A stretch of DNA of 61,503 bases, the filler included, from Choristocarpus tenellus KU-1152 (Eukaryota; Protista; Phaeophyceae), in the NCBI GenBank assembly GCA_964200185.2. It is 13 parts of 13 records of this genome, joined end to end, with 100 filler letters (N's around TTAATTAATTAA, not from the genome) between each part and the next. Parts side by side here need not be neighbours in the genome. Positions count along the whole stretch, not along the records: positions 45,370 to 52,147 come from CAXNAD020007368.1; positions 52,248 to 55,840 come from CAXNAD020019066.1; positions 55,941 to 58,611 come from CAXNAD020025770.1; positions 58,712 to 61,503 come from CAXNAD020024712.1; 9 more parts are not named here. One strand, 5' to 3'. Under the pieces are notes generated by a model. The model was not told the DNA's origin, made no database searches, and saw only the letters and a list, made by a program, of their open reading frames with translations. A program made the position numbers and the translations under genes. Shown here in pieces: positions 49,606-61,421 of this stretch; within the stretch, counting starts at the first letter, position 1; the number at the start of each line of letters is the position of its first letter.

Positions 49606-51814
49606 ACGGCGGCGAGGCCCGAACAGAATGATGCTCTTGGCAGATTTACAAAGATCATTGTATTTGCTCTTTCATTACGCACAATGTAAGCTTGCTTGAT
49701 CCTGTCTTCCGTGTTTTCAGTTAAGTTATTGGTCAGCCCGCCTTCGAGACATCATTCAGCAGTGTTCTTCTCAATAAATCCTCACTTGCCCACACAACCA
49801 ACATTATTAATTAGGAGCTATACACGGATTTTTGCAAAGAGGCAATACGGTTGTGTATCCTGACGACACTTCCAAGTGGGTAAGCAAGGCGCACTTCCTC
49901 CGATTGCTCAGAGAGGACAGGCCTAACATCAGGTTGAGGGTAGGAGGCAAATTTATGAAATATGACATACGTGTCACGTTAAAAAGAGAAGCGGCACGGT
50001 GCGGCTGGTGCAAAACCTACGAACGACTCCACCGTCCTCGAGTCCATCGACAAGGAGCTGTCCGACCATCAAAGGGTAAGTGTCCAGCTTTAATTTTGCG
50101 CAATCATACAGTGGCAACATTTCGCCGTCATTGCTCTCCATTGGGAACAATATCTGTTGCCTTTTGCGAATGAAAACTCCGATGCAAGTGCTTATGGCAG
50201 CAGCAGTAGCCTCACTCAACGCAAAACTGTTGTTATTAGTTGCCCAAACATCTTGTGTAATAGACTGTGTCCTGGTCGTCTACAACGGGCTGTGGGAGGG
50301 ACAGGTCATGTTGCGGTCTTCCGGCCCCGCACGTACGTACTTTCTCCCTTCCCGATAATACTGTCTTTGCCTTGAATGCAGTAGTAAAAAACAGGAGCAA
50401 AGACAAACATTTATTGTTACCTACACTCGATTTTTGTCACGTACCTGGTACGTGTTAACAAGTGGCCATTTTTTTACACCTCTAAGCAGATTTATTTGAT
50501 TTACCTCCGTGATGTTGCTCTCCCCCATTCGCCAGATTATCCAAGCGGATAGGCTGGTTATCGCCAACGACACCAGCAGTGCCATGCGGGCCAAAGCCGA
50601 CGACAAACCTCTCGGCTTCGTGTTCATGTCTGTAGACGCGGCGAACCAGACATCCCACGCCCTCCCTGCACTTTACTCACCTACCCACGGCGGTGACAGG
50701 TAACAAATGCACGCATAGTCAATTTGTCAACAAGTTTACAGCCGCACACAGAACAGAATAGTCCACTCTGTTTTATTCAACGAATGAGTGCAAAGTCCCA
50801 AGAAATAACCGTCAAAACAGACGCACATAATTCCACTACCTATTCCGTTCATCATGATGATGACGCACTGTAACACCTTTCTTTACATGTTTCTTTGGTT
50901 CATGTCCTTCTTATCAGGGGCTACCACGAGCACCAGAAGGTCATGGACGCACACTTCGAAGGCCAGTTCGTGGAGGTGTTCTTCACTCCTCAAAATCTTG
51001 GAGGAGGTACGTATTGTGGGTTGTGGCTTAACAGTCACCCAACCGAATAGATGCTGGTTGCGCACGCACCACTTGATTTACCGTCATGGTGAGGGGACCC
51101 GCCGTAGGTTAGATACCCAAGGACGAGTACATCCTTGCACGATTTGCCTACAAATATCGCAGGCCTGGTGAACAGTCGATTAACTGATGATGCGCTGTGC
51201 TCCCCTGCCCTCGTACACCTCAGCTTCGGAAGGGCGAGAGTAGCGTAAGAGCTAATCAAGGAGGAGGGAAACCGACAGACATGTATATCAGCCAGTCGGG
51301 TATATGTGCTCTACATTGCAAAAACACATTCCATTACCCCTCTTTTTAGCTCCAAGTAAACAATGCGTAAGTAAGCAGAGTACTATTTGCCAACTAACGA
51401 CAGACATCATCGTTTGCGCAAGTTGTAACCTTGTCTGCACAGCCACCCACCTTGCCCTCACAAGGCTTATCGACAAGTACCACAACAGCCTCGATCACGT
51501 GGGGGGTTGCATCATCCAGCACGCGCATTGGCGGTTAAGAAAGTTTCATCTTGACACGACCTACTCAACATATACTCGCCGAATACCGGCCACCAAGTAA
51601 CTAACTGCACGTTGTTTAGTTTTGGTTTGTGGGTTGCAACCTGCATGTATGATGACGGTGATGTAGAGCTTGTGCTCTAGCAATATTGGAAACATGCCCT
51701 GTTTCTCCACGAAACGTGGTGAAATGGGCTGACATATCGGCGTCACGCCTATCCCTCCCTCGCTCCCAAATCCCCAAACTGGCCAGGTCGACAACTGCGT
51801 CTCAGAGAACAAGA
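49606..51814 (+). pseudogene. Spliced Sola-like (DUF7869-type) DDD transposase, decayed; exons ~49606-49685, ~49816-50075, 50536-50699, 50918-51006, 51350-51370, 51443-~51596, 51787-51814
   Basis: Ordered motifs: ELYTDF...VSKAHFLRLLREDRPNIRLR..FMK(Y)DI(R) (eroded CxxC)...H, FMSVDAANQ..ALP (first Asp), QKVM..HFEG, LGGAPS..THLALTRL, VDNCVSENK (second Asp). The five exons from 49816 to 51443 join in phase; truncated by a MITE at 51815. Confidence 0.75.
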
Positions 51815-52147
51815 GAGCCAAAGTATCTTAGAGGTTAGAGCCGCGTCCATTTGGGAGCCAAAATCCAATGTTGCGATTTTAATGTAATTTTGGCTATTGT
51901 GTTTTTTGAGTGAAAGTATCTTAGAGGGTACGAGTTTTGCCCTGTTTGTCCATTTGGGGCGTTGCTTCCCACATTTTTTTAATGGCATTTTCCTACTCTG
52001 AAACGTTTCGGAGTAGGTAAAATTTACACATTATGAAAAGTTGTGTTCAGAACAAGGATATTAACACTTGAGCCAAAGTATCTTAGAGGGTAGAGTTGCG
52101 TCCATTTGGGGGTCAAAATATAATGTTGCGATTTTGATGTAATTTTG
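51815..52147. mobile_element. Three nested/rearranged MITE family A halves (ends at 51815, 51908, 52070)
   Basis: GAGCCAAAGTATCTTAGAGG at 51815 and 52070 (reverse orientation), GAGTGAAAGTATCTTAGAGGG at 51908 (forward). Confidence 0.85.
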
Positions 52148-52280
52148 NNNNNNNNNNNNNNNNNNNNNNNNNNNNNNNNNNNNNNNNNNNNTTAATTAAT
52201 TAANNNNNNNNNNNNNNNNNNNNNNNNNNNNNNNNNNNNNNNNNNNNTATGTGAAGCAATTTAGGCTTTATTCGAACTAT

Positions 52281-52432
52281 GGTTCAAAGTATCAGGGGGG
52301 GGGGAGTCTACACCAGGGTGTCCGTTTTGGGTCATAACCAGGAAAATTGCACTTACATTATCCATCCGACATATGCAACCAAATCATCCAAAAATTGCGA
52401 CATGAAAAAATTGCCCCCAAATAGTTTGAGCC
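52281..52432 (+). mobile_element. MITE family B, near full-length
   Basis: GGTTCAAAGTATCAG-polyG...core...ATAGTTTGAGCC with TAT on both flanks. Confidence 0.85.
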
Positions 52433-52588
52433 TATTGTCATGTAAATTTTGTGCTTTGAACATCTAGATGCCACTTCTCGGTGATAAGAGTATTTGCACC
52501 TTCCCCTGAAGTCACACTGATACATTACTCGGGGCTCCAAACGTCATGTCAGGTGCTCCATGTGATCCTGGGTTGTCACATGTTCCAG

Positions 52589-55297
52589 AAGTTACCTCCA
52601 ACATATGTCGTGGTTCAGATGGAGCAGCTATCCAGCCCTTGGATGACCCAATCATATATGCATGTGGGTACAGACTTTAGGATTTCTCATCATCAACTCC
52701 CCCCCTGCCTCCCTACCCATACACCTTGCTGTAGAAGCTGAGGAAAGGCAAAGTACCCTTTGCCAGTAGGTGATGCAGTTATTATTCATCATAGTTCCTC
52801 TTGCCTTGAATATGCATGCAAACCTGTGTGCAGGTTGCAAGATGTACCACAGTAATTACATGCAGGACAAGAAAATTGAGAAGCCAGAAGGTCACTCTAA
52901 GATAGGCACCCCCAATTTGCATGCGTAAGAAAAAAAATCTATTCACACCAACACACCAACAAATTTCTAAAGCTTGGAAACCCCATATTTCCTACTCCTT
53001 TTATTTGATGATCTTCCTCCTCCCCTCCCTCCCACAATTTCTGGCACCCTTGCTACTAAAGGTCCATGCTTATTTATTTTCTAAGGCTGGGCATTGAACA
53101 TTGAGGGATGGCTGTAAGTATGACTATGGTTGTGTGTTGTTGTTTTTTTCAAGGTCATGCTTCTTGTAGATAGCAATTTGAACAATCTTCTGATAATAGC
53201 TTCAGAACTGAGGAGGAACAAATAGTAAAGGTTTACAAGTATCCTTAGCGGAGGTTAATCCAGAAATAATAACAAGCTTGAGGTGAAATACTGCTTAATC
53301 GTTGGAAGTTGGGGAAGATTTGAGATTCACAGTGTCACTACCCCTTCAACTCTCTCCACTCTGAGATGCTGTGTACCATGAGTGATTTTGGTCACCAGGC
53401 TCTATGGTACCCCTAGCCCCCCAGGAGGATTTGTTCTATTTGTTACTTGACTCAAAGACAAAAAGTAATTTGTGAAGGTGACAAGCCTCATCATCAATCC
53501 GTATTTTCCACTCTTGTAAGTATACAACATTATTTCCGCAGCAAATGTATGATACTGTGCCCAATTTGCATTTAATTCCTCCTAGAAATCTTCAAAGGAG
53601 TCTGTTCAATGATGTGCCTGACCCGTCCTCTCACCTTTGTTCGAGGTGCCTCTGTGTCACCTGTAACAACATTCTTCTACACTCCCTAACTTGGTAAATG
53701 ATAGATGATGCGGGGGGCTCTTGCTGTGTGGGAATTTTCTGCAAAAAGTCTGGAGGTCTGGTTGGAAATGGGACTTACAGCATTTTACCTCCCAGTGTAT
53801 GTACCAAGAGCTATCTTTGAACTTGGCCGTGAAGCCTCAGTACCATCACACCCAGGATCTCACTCTCCACTGCTGCCAAGAGAGAGATTGGGGTCAATGG
53901 GCATGGCTGGGCAGATACAGCAGGGCAGAACTTTCAGGCCAGCTGAGGGAGGCGAGGGGGGGCAGACAGGGGAAATGCATGTGACAGCTGTGAGGTCAAG
54001 CGGGGCTTCTGCTACTACCATAGGTACCCTGGCAGCAGGAGTGGGAGGGGGCTCAGGTGGAATTGGACAACAGATGGTGGCAGGGGAAAGATCAAGTGGT
54101 CAAGAGCAAGGGCAACAGGCTGGAGACAATCCAGGATGGAATATGGGTCGAGAGAATGCCAGTGGTGCTAGGTTGGGTGTAGGAGAAGGATTGGTTGGGA
54201 TAGGAACAGAGGGGATGCAAGCGATGGGTATGGGTTTGAGAGGTGTAAGTGGGGAGATGGGGGGGGCAAGGGGATTGGATAGGGGAGGGGGAAGTGGAGG
54301 GCAACCTGTGGATATCCTTTTCTATGGATTGATGAGTGAGAGGAGGCTAGAATTGGAGAGAGAAGTTCGGGAGCTGGCTGAGCTTAAAGGTCTTCGTGTG
54401 CATTTTGAAGGCGGGGTGAGAAAGTAATGTGGAAATTGTTGATGTCCTTTGTTGCCCTTTTCCATGCCATTGCCTTTGCTAATACTGCTTGAGTGGTTGC
54501 AGTTTTTTTTTCTGTCGAAATGTCAAAACAAGGCCCAAGAAAGTGTGCACAATAATCTTATACCGACCGCAAATCTCCATTTGATTGGGTACCAAATCGT
54601 CTCTCTGGCAACATAGAGGCCAAAAGAGCTGGACAGTCTGATACTATCTTGTTACCTGTTTTCTTGGAACAAGTGCAGATGTGGCATTTTTTTTCTTCAA
54701 TTTCTTTCTTTTTGCTTGGATTATGTGTCGAAGTTTGTCCATATTTTAGTCCCTTTTCTCAAGGTAGTTACTGATGAGATTATGCCTTGTGCTCTCCCTC
54801 CTAAGTCAGTCATGAGAAAAGCTGTTGGAGTTGGTGAAAATATTTTCCTAACCTCCTTGTCATATCGTGGACACCTTCACGGATTAATGCTGTAGCTTTG
54901 GATTCACCGCTCGTGACTGCTGATTTCTATGCTCTCTGTATCAGGAATTGATTCCGTTTATTGTCGATCTTACAGTACCTTTTCCCGTAGGCAGCTAATC
55001 AAGAATGTGTTGATCACAGAAAGCGTCTCATGTGGAGTGAATATTATCTGTTGTATATTGTCACATTGCTGGTTCAGAAGAATTCGAGAGCCCTGTATAC
55101 ATATTAACTCGCGCTGTGCAGTCTTAGGCTGCCTTGAAGAGAAAAGGACACAAATTGTAGAGCTTTTGAAACTGCCTAAACCCCCTTGACATGTGAAACC
55201 TCTACTCTTGTGTTTACCCTGACTCTATATCAACACCTCCTGCCAACAGTATAATCTCTTCGGAGAGGAGAGGAACAGGCTTGTGTTGGCTTCAAAG
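52589..55297 (+). CDS. GT-B-type glycosyltransferase-like protein (YkvP/CgeB-like region), internal exons 52589-52663, 53705-54415, 55250-55297
   Basis: In-phase exons: KLPPTYVVVQMEQLSSPWMTQSYMH|MMRGALAVWEFS...[Gly-rich insert]...VDILFYGLMSERR...GLRV|YNLFGEERNRLVLASK. Confidence 0.75.
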
Positions 55298-55940
55298 GTG
55301 CGAATTTTGAGGGTAGGGTTTGGTGGGGGAGGGGAGGGAAGGGGAGGGTGGTGAGCGGGAAGGATATATTGGACTAGAATGCTGCACCCTGACACAACAG
55401 TTGATTTGGTTTGATCATGGAGTTGTTTGGTTGAATAGGGGGAAACGAAATGGGATTGAAAAACAACCTGACCTCTTCCTCTTGTATTGTTGACGACCTA
55501 GTAGATTTCTTGCTTGCTGTGTTTTGGGGGGGGGAAATCAAGCACAGTGGTCTGTTATGAACAGACACATAATACAGAGAATTAGACGGGGTCTGTTGTG
55601 TATGCAAGGGGTATAGAGGACAACAACCTGCCATGATATGAGGCTCGATTGTACACAGCACAACATACACACGCCCTCACAAGCATCCCTGATTGCCTTT
55701 GTCCCGGCCCCTCCCCGTTGTCCCCCTTTTCCCTGCAACCCTCTACCCACCCTCTATCTCTCTTCCTACTGCGCCTCCACCCCCACCCTCCTCCCGTAGT
55801 TGTCTGGTGCAGTGGTTTGGCAATATGCCCGGGAAATTGTNNNNNNNNNNNNNNNNNNNNNNNNNNNNNNNNNNNNNNNNNNNNTTAATTAATTAANNNN
55901 NNNNNNNNNNNNNNNNNNNNNNNNNNNNNNNNNNNNNNNN

Positions 55941-55962
55941 CCCCCCCCAGGTACTTTGACCC
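55941..55962. mobile_element. MITE family B terminus at contig edge
   Basis: poly-C-AGGTACTTTGACCC. Confidence 0.7.
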
Positions 55963-56133
55963 ACAAGGTGTGGAATAGGGGTCACCTGCTGTACATTTGA
56001 TGCCTTGAGTTTTGAACCGTTGTAATAAGTACAGGAGGATATCCTACCTGTGTCAGTTTGGCTATCTGTCTGTCAATGACCTTAGTGCCTCAGCATTGCA
56101 AGAACCTGAAGGAGAAGACTTCTTTGTTGTATG

Positions 56134-57890
56134 TGTTTCAGGCGAATAATGCAAGTATTTCTTTTCGCGCTTTAACCGGCACAAGCAGTGTACGCGCATG
56201 GGTAACCCCAAAAGGGGGAACTCCGATTTGCTAAAAAGTTACAGAATAAAATCTGTAACCCGGGAAAGTCGCAAGGTTTGCCAGGTGGAAAGGTCACAAG
56301 GGTTCTCAGATATATTCATATATTTGTAAACCAAAGAAGCCCTGACGATAAATGATGATAAGAGATCCTAAAAACGGCTCCAAACAGCTCAGTTCTTCTG
56401 ACCTAGAGACCCCACCTATAGCACTTTCTCTTTCTGATATCGAAAACATACATATTTCTTATGCTGATTGATTCGTTTGAGAGTACCCCTGTTCTGCTGA
56501 GCTGACGTTCGTTAATCTGTAAATTGGAGGTACCCATCCTATGGAGGTAAGTTTCTGGAGCGTGCCTGTAACATGGAGGTCCTACCAAGACAGTTCCTTT
56601 TCATACGATGATATTGATGATAATCCAAATGAGAGATCCAGCATACTTGACGACTTGTGCATCAGGAGTACTATACGTCTATCAGTATAATCTATAGACC
56701 TGTAGATTGGAGCTATACATCCTGTGGAGGTAAGCCATTCGGGGCGCGCTGCAACATGGAGGTCCTACCGAGACTCCCACCCCGCAACATGGAGGTCCTA
56801 TCGCCTCTCTTCTAACTGGAGAGAGTACTCAGTGTTCACCTCACTGTATCGACGGGGCACGCTGTAACATGGAGGTCCTATCGCCTCTCTTCAAACTGGA
56901 GAGAGTATTCAGTACTCACCTCACTGTATGGACGGGGCATGCTTTAACATGGAGGTCCTACCGCCTCTCTTCAAACTGAGAGAGTACTCATTATTCACTT
57001 CAGCACTTAGAATTCTTGGTAGCTCCCTACGATAGTCCGATTTTTTTATTCATCTGGTTCGGTGGTCTTCTTGGATGGTTCTGGATCACCTTCGTCGTCT
57101 ATGGGACTTCCTTCTGCTTAGCCTCGTCGTCTCCATGGGTGTGATGAGATCTGTGGCTCCGAGGGAACCGTAATCGTTCTATAGTTGTTCAACGAGTGGT
57201 CTCTGATCGCCGCATCATCCACCTATAGTCCTAAACGAGTGGTTTCTGACCGCCATGGTATAGACGTTGCCGAGGTAGTTCTTCCTTGCCATTCGTATAC
57301 TCACATTCTCGATCTGTTTTTCGTGTGTAATGTCACGGTTTTCTTTTACTCCGCAGGTTCCGCTGGGAATCAGTAATTTGGAGATGCTCCAGCCCAGGGC
57401 CAGACTTTGCGAGAATTCCAATAGCAGTCGTGACGGCTCAACGTGTTTATGTATCGCGTCCACGCATCAAACCACTTTCCACAGTCTCAAAAGAAACGAG
57501 GAGATATGTCGACCATTGTTGAAATCCACGGGTTTAGTTGGAACTGGAGTCCCCATGTTGGAAACAACTGGCAGAGTCGGAACAGAGTCGGAACTACAGC
57601 CCCTATGTTGGAAACAACTAGCAGAGTCGGAACAGAGTCGGAACTGGAGTCCCTATGCCGAAAAAAACTGGCAGAGTCGGAACTGGAGCCCCTATGTCGC
57701 CATGTGGCAATTAATACATGCTGCTGCAGCACGATTCGAGGTGATAGATGCTATTTATTGTCCTGCCCGGTGATAATCGCCTGTGGTAAGCGTGAAACAT
57801 GTATTCCTAGTTCACGCTGGGGGGCATGTTACAGGCGAATAGCATGTCTGCCTTTTCGCATTCTAACCAGTGTGAGTAGTCTTGTTATGA
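56134..57890 (+). mobile_element. Non-coding LTR-like element: ~1.4-kb repeat beginning TGTTTCAGGCGAATA, with a second truncated start at 57827 preceded by a G-run
   Basis: Homologous to 13891-14845. The direct repeat TGTTACAGGCGAATAG at 57827 follows GGGGGGCA, and AACA-AC-TGGCAGAGTCGG near 57563-57580 is PBS-like. Confidence 0.55.
56786..57000. repeat. 80-bp tandem repeat (about 2.7 copies) inside the LTR-like element
   Basis: AACATGGAGGTCCTAYCGCCTCTCTTC at 56786, 56866 and 56946. Confidence 0.9.
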
Positions 57891-57966
57891 CATTTACTTT
57901 TTTATGTGGTTTTTAGACATTTTTGTTTGTATTTGAGACATAATTATTGTCTTGAATTGTTTGCAT

Positions 57967-58337
57967 TTATAGTTCTGAAGGGGGAAGCGTTTATGGCAGT
58001 ACCCTATTTCAGTGTCATTGTGATTTTGCATCCATATTCATTTGTGTCGATACTTGTGAGGGGCGAGAGTCTTACTATGACACTCCCTATTTTTCTGAAT
58101 CTTTTTTTGTTTGTATGTTCTTAGTTCGTAGGTAGGGCAAGTCTTTAAATGGCAGCACGTTATGTTTGTCTGTGACTGTGAGACATTATCTTTGTATCCT
58201 ATAGTTTGTGTTTATAGTTGTGAAGGGGGACAGTCTAAGGCAATACCCTATTTCAGTGCTATTGTCATTTTGTGCCTGTACTCACTTTTGTTGATATTTG
58301 TGAAGAGGGAGAGACTTGCTGAGATACTCCCTTTTTT
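57967..58337. repeat. Diverged direct duplication (~125-bp block, 244-bp spacing)
   Basis: TTTATAGTT.TGAAGGGGGA...TACCCTATTTCAGTG at 57967 and 58211. Confidence 0.8.
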
Positions 58338-58711
58338 ATTTATTGTAAGATGTCTGATTTTTATTTTTATTAAATATGGGTCTATACTTTCTGAAAAGAA
58401 CTCTAATATTGATTTATTTGAAAAATTGTTACAAAAAATTGGATTAATTTCTCAAAGTATTGATATTGATTTTCAGGTAACAAAAGTTTCGGCTGAAGCA
58501 ATTTCAGGCATTGCAAAGAAGTTACATTTGATTTTACCTGCAAATTTTGTATATGTTCATAGTTCCTAGCAAGGGTAAGCCTTTCCATGACAGCACCTGA
58601 TCTCTTTTGTGNNNNNNNNNNNNNNNNNNNNNNNNNNNNNNNNNNNNNNNNNNNNTTAATTAATTAANNNNNNNNNNNNNNNNNNNNNNNNNNNNNNNNN
58701 NNNNNNNNNNN

Positions 58712-58889
58712 CAACGTCTTGGGGTATGGGGGGGGGGGTCTACACTAGGGTGTCCATTCGGGCCCTGACCAGGAAAAGTGCACTTACATTGTCCATTCGA
58801 CACATGCAACCAAATCACATAAAGATCACGACATAGAAAAAAAGGCACCAAATGGACAGCCGTCCCCCCCACCCCAGATACTTTGAGCC
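58712..58889 (+). mobile_element. MITE family B at contig edge
   Basis: Family B core and AGATACTTTGAGCC terminus. Confidence 0.85.
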
Positions 58890-59730
58890 TTTGCTGCTTA
58901 CCGGGGTGCCATTTAGGGCATAAAAAAGGGCGGTAGTAGTTCCCAAACAGGTAAAGACAGAGAGCTCTCTTGTGCGAAGTAGTAGAGACCACTGTCTAGG
59001 ATACATGCACAAAAGACAGAAATGGGGCTTCTACCCATCAACAAAAAGCAGTCTATGTTATATCAAGAATTAAGAGCTCAGCTCTCTGCTCTGCAGCATT
59101 TTAGTTCGAAGTAAATCAGTTAAATCTCTTAGCATCAAACTTCGAAACATAGCACCTGCACCTTTACTATCACTTGGTCCCATTTTATAGTTCTAGGTTG
59201 CAAAGTATCGGTTGGAAACTTGTGGCTACTACACCTAGACTTGCTCTCCTGGGACCCAATTGACACAACCACTCCACACTCACACCCATCCAGTCTCAAA
59301 AAGGAATAAGTTGCATAGTGCCACTGAGCATTCTCTAGTGATGCAAAACATGATACGGTGCTACTATAGAAAAGACGCCCAAGAGGTTTGCAAGCACTGC
59401 TTCGTAGAGTACAATTTGTTTTAATCGCTAAATGGATAGGGGCCCCCAGCCCCCAGTCCCTCCTGGCATGTGCACACCCAAAGGAGAGGCTAAGAGCCAT
59501 AATACCCAAGGATGTGTGGCACAATTAGTGTGATCTTGGGCAAATGATGGAGATCAGTCAGCAGCATTTAAATTTCTTTTTAATTTAGCTACGGTACAGT
59601 ATGAATTAAAAAAATATTATGGTGGTATACATGGAATTACTTGTACCATTTGCTGCAAATGCAAAACGCCATCCTGCTTCACCGACTTCCTTTATCTTAG
59701 TCAGCAGAAAGTGTAAAATTTCTCACTCAG

Positions 59731-60220
59731 GCCGTCTCTTTCGGTGTGCAAAAACTCAAGTTCCTGAAAATAACAAATTCGTTCATATGCAGCACAGCTT
59801 TTTCTCATTGCATGGCCCCGGCACATGTTCTGATATTCAATTTGACGTCACTGAGCAAGGGGCTAATAATGGAAGTAATGGTGTCCCATATCCAACATGT
59901 CGTTTTAAAGTCAAATTTTCACATTTTCATTGATATTCACATCAGAGAGCTGCATACCTCAAAACTTCTACCAAACATAAGGCGTATTTTTAACATTCTC
60001 GTCATACATCCACTAAAAAGCTGAAAATTCAGCTTCGAATGATGAGTTGGATAAGGCAACCATTGGATACGGCAATCATTATACCCATGTGTAGGTACTT
60101 GCTCTGTTATGTCAAACGAAGAACAGAACACGAATCAGCCACATTTAACCTTAGAAAAATTACACCATACCCATATTTATGATTTTCAGATTAATTTTCC
60201 GTACAATGTAAGAGACAGCT
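59731..60220. repeat. Degenerate foldback/palindromic element (arms ~59731-59920 and ~60023-60220)
   Basis: Arms align as reverse complements (TGTTCTG..TTTGAC..GAGCAAG, TATCCAAC, CTGAAAAT, GTCTCTT). Confidence 0.65.
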
Positions 60221-60744
60221 TTACTTGACGGACTACACCAAAAATGGTCCCCCTTCAAAACCCTGTCAGTCAATGTGGCATTGCAGGGCTCACAAAAAAA
60301 TTTTAACTAGTATGTTGTCATTGATAGCATACTCAATGCTCAAAGGTTAGTTTTAGTCTATTGGCTTCCATCGAAGGTATATGCAGGTTCAAAATGAGAC
60401 ACATCAGATTTTTTGTAAGGAAAATACATTTTTGATGGAAAGTTTGGCGAGCACCACAGAACAATACGAAAACCTGTGCCCTCCTGTTTGTCACTATACC
60501 ACAAAAAACGAGTGTATGAAATCTGAATTGTATGGCAAGGGGATACATTTCAGTCAAAGCAAGTACTGCAAAAGATTCTAGGGAGGAGGGGGAGTGAAGA
60601 GTGATGGGATGATTGAACCAATATGTAAGAAAAAGTGCAATTTGTTATAGTGCAACAACAGCTAGTTTGTAGTTGATATCAAGTACTCACCACCATACTC
60701 GAATACCTAAGACATCATTAGCTACCGCTACAGGTGAAGTGGTA

Positions 60745-61235
60745 GATATTTGTAAATATTGTTAGACATCCCTCCCCTTCCCCTCTACCTGAAGCTCAAC
60801 CATTTTACAAAATGTTTCGAGCGTGCGGTTGCCCCAAAAAAGTGTAATTCGTTTATATTTTGTCTGACAGGGTGTGGATTGTGATGACTTCACTAGTTCT
60901 GAATCTCTTTAACCATCTTGAAGTAAAGGTTACGAGCACACACCACAGTCACACGTAAGTGTATATTGAGCAATATCATCTTCTTCTGCACAAGCATGCA
61001 CAGACCTCCTGGCATCCTCCAATGGTACAGCCCACCCCTACTATCCAAACACAACACCAAACTGCCCCTTTCCTCCAAAACTGCTGGAGGAACGTAGCTG
61101 TCAGGTGGCGGAGTTTCTTCCCCCCCATTCCCCCATTCACAGGCCCCCTCTCTGTCTTACCTTCTGGTGCTTTAGGCACTGTGGGCACTAGCTGCTAGAT
61201 CTTCTTGTCCTCCTCGATCCCCCAGCCCCCTCGAG

Positions 61236-61266
<31 letters not shown>

Positions 61267-61330
61267 TTCCATTCCGCGTGGTGCTACTGGAGGTGGCCAC
61301 CAACTGATGGAGCTTCGCGTCTTCTTTTCC
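60745..61330 (+). repeat. Old dispersed repeat, homologous to ~26850-27440
   Basis: Same collinear blocks as the 26850 copy. Confidence 0.7.
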
Positions 61331-61421
61331 CCCTGGCACATCCCCTGCAGGCTACCATGCACAGGTCTCTTCATTTGAGAGGCCTGCAGTACCCCATCGT
61401 GGTCAGGTCATTGTGGTTATT

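Noticed and set aside
56570-57000. AACATGGAGGTCCTA repeats as CRISPR array
   Set aside because: The intervening sequences are themselves copies of one another, there are no cas genes, and the context is a eukaryotic repeat.
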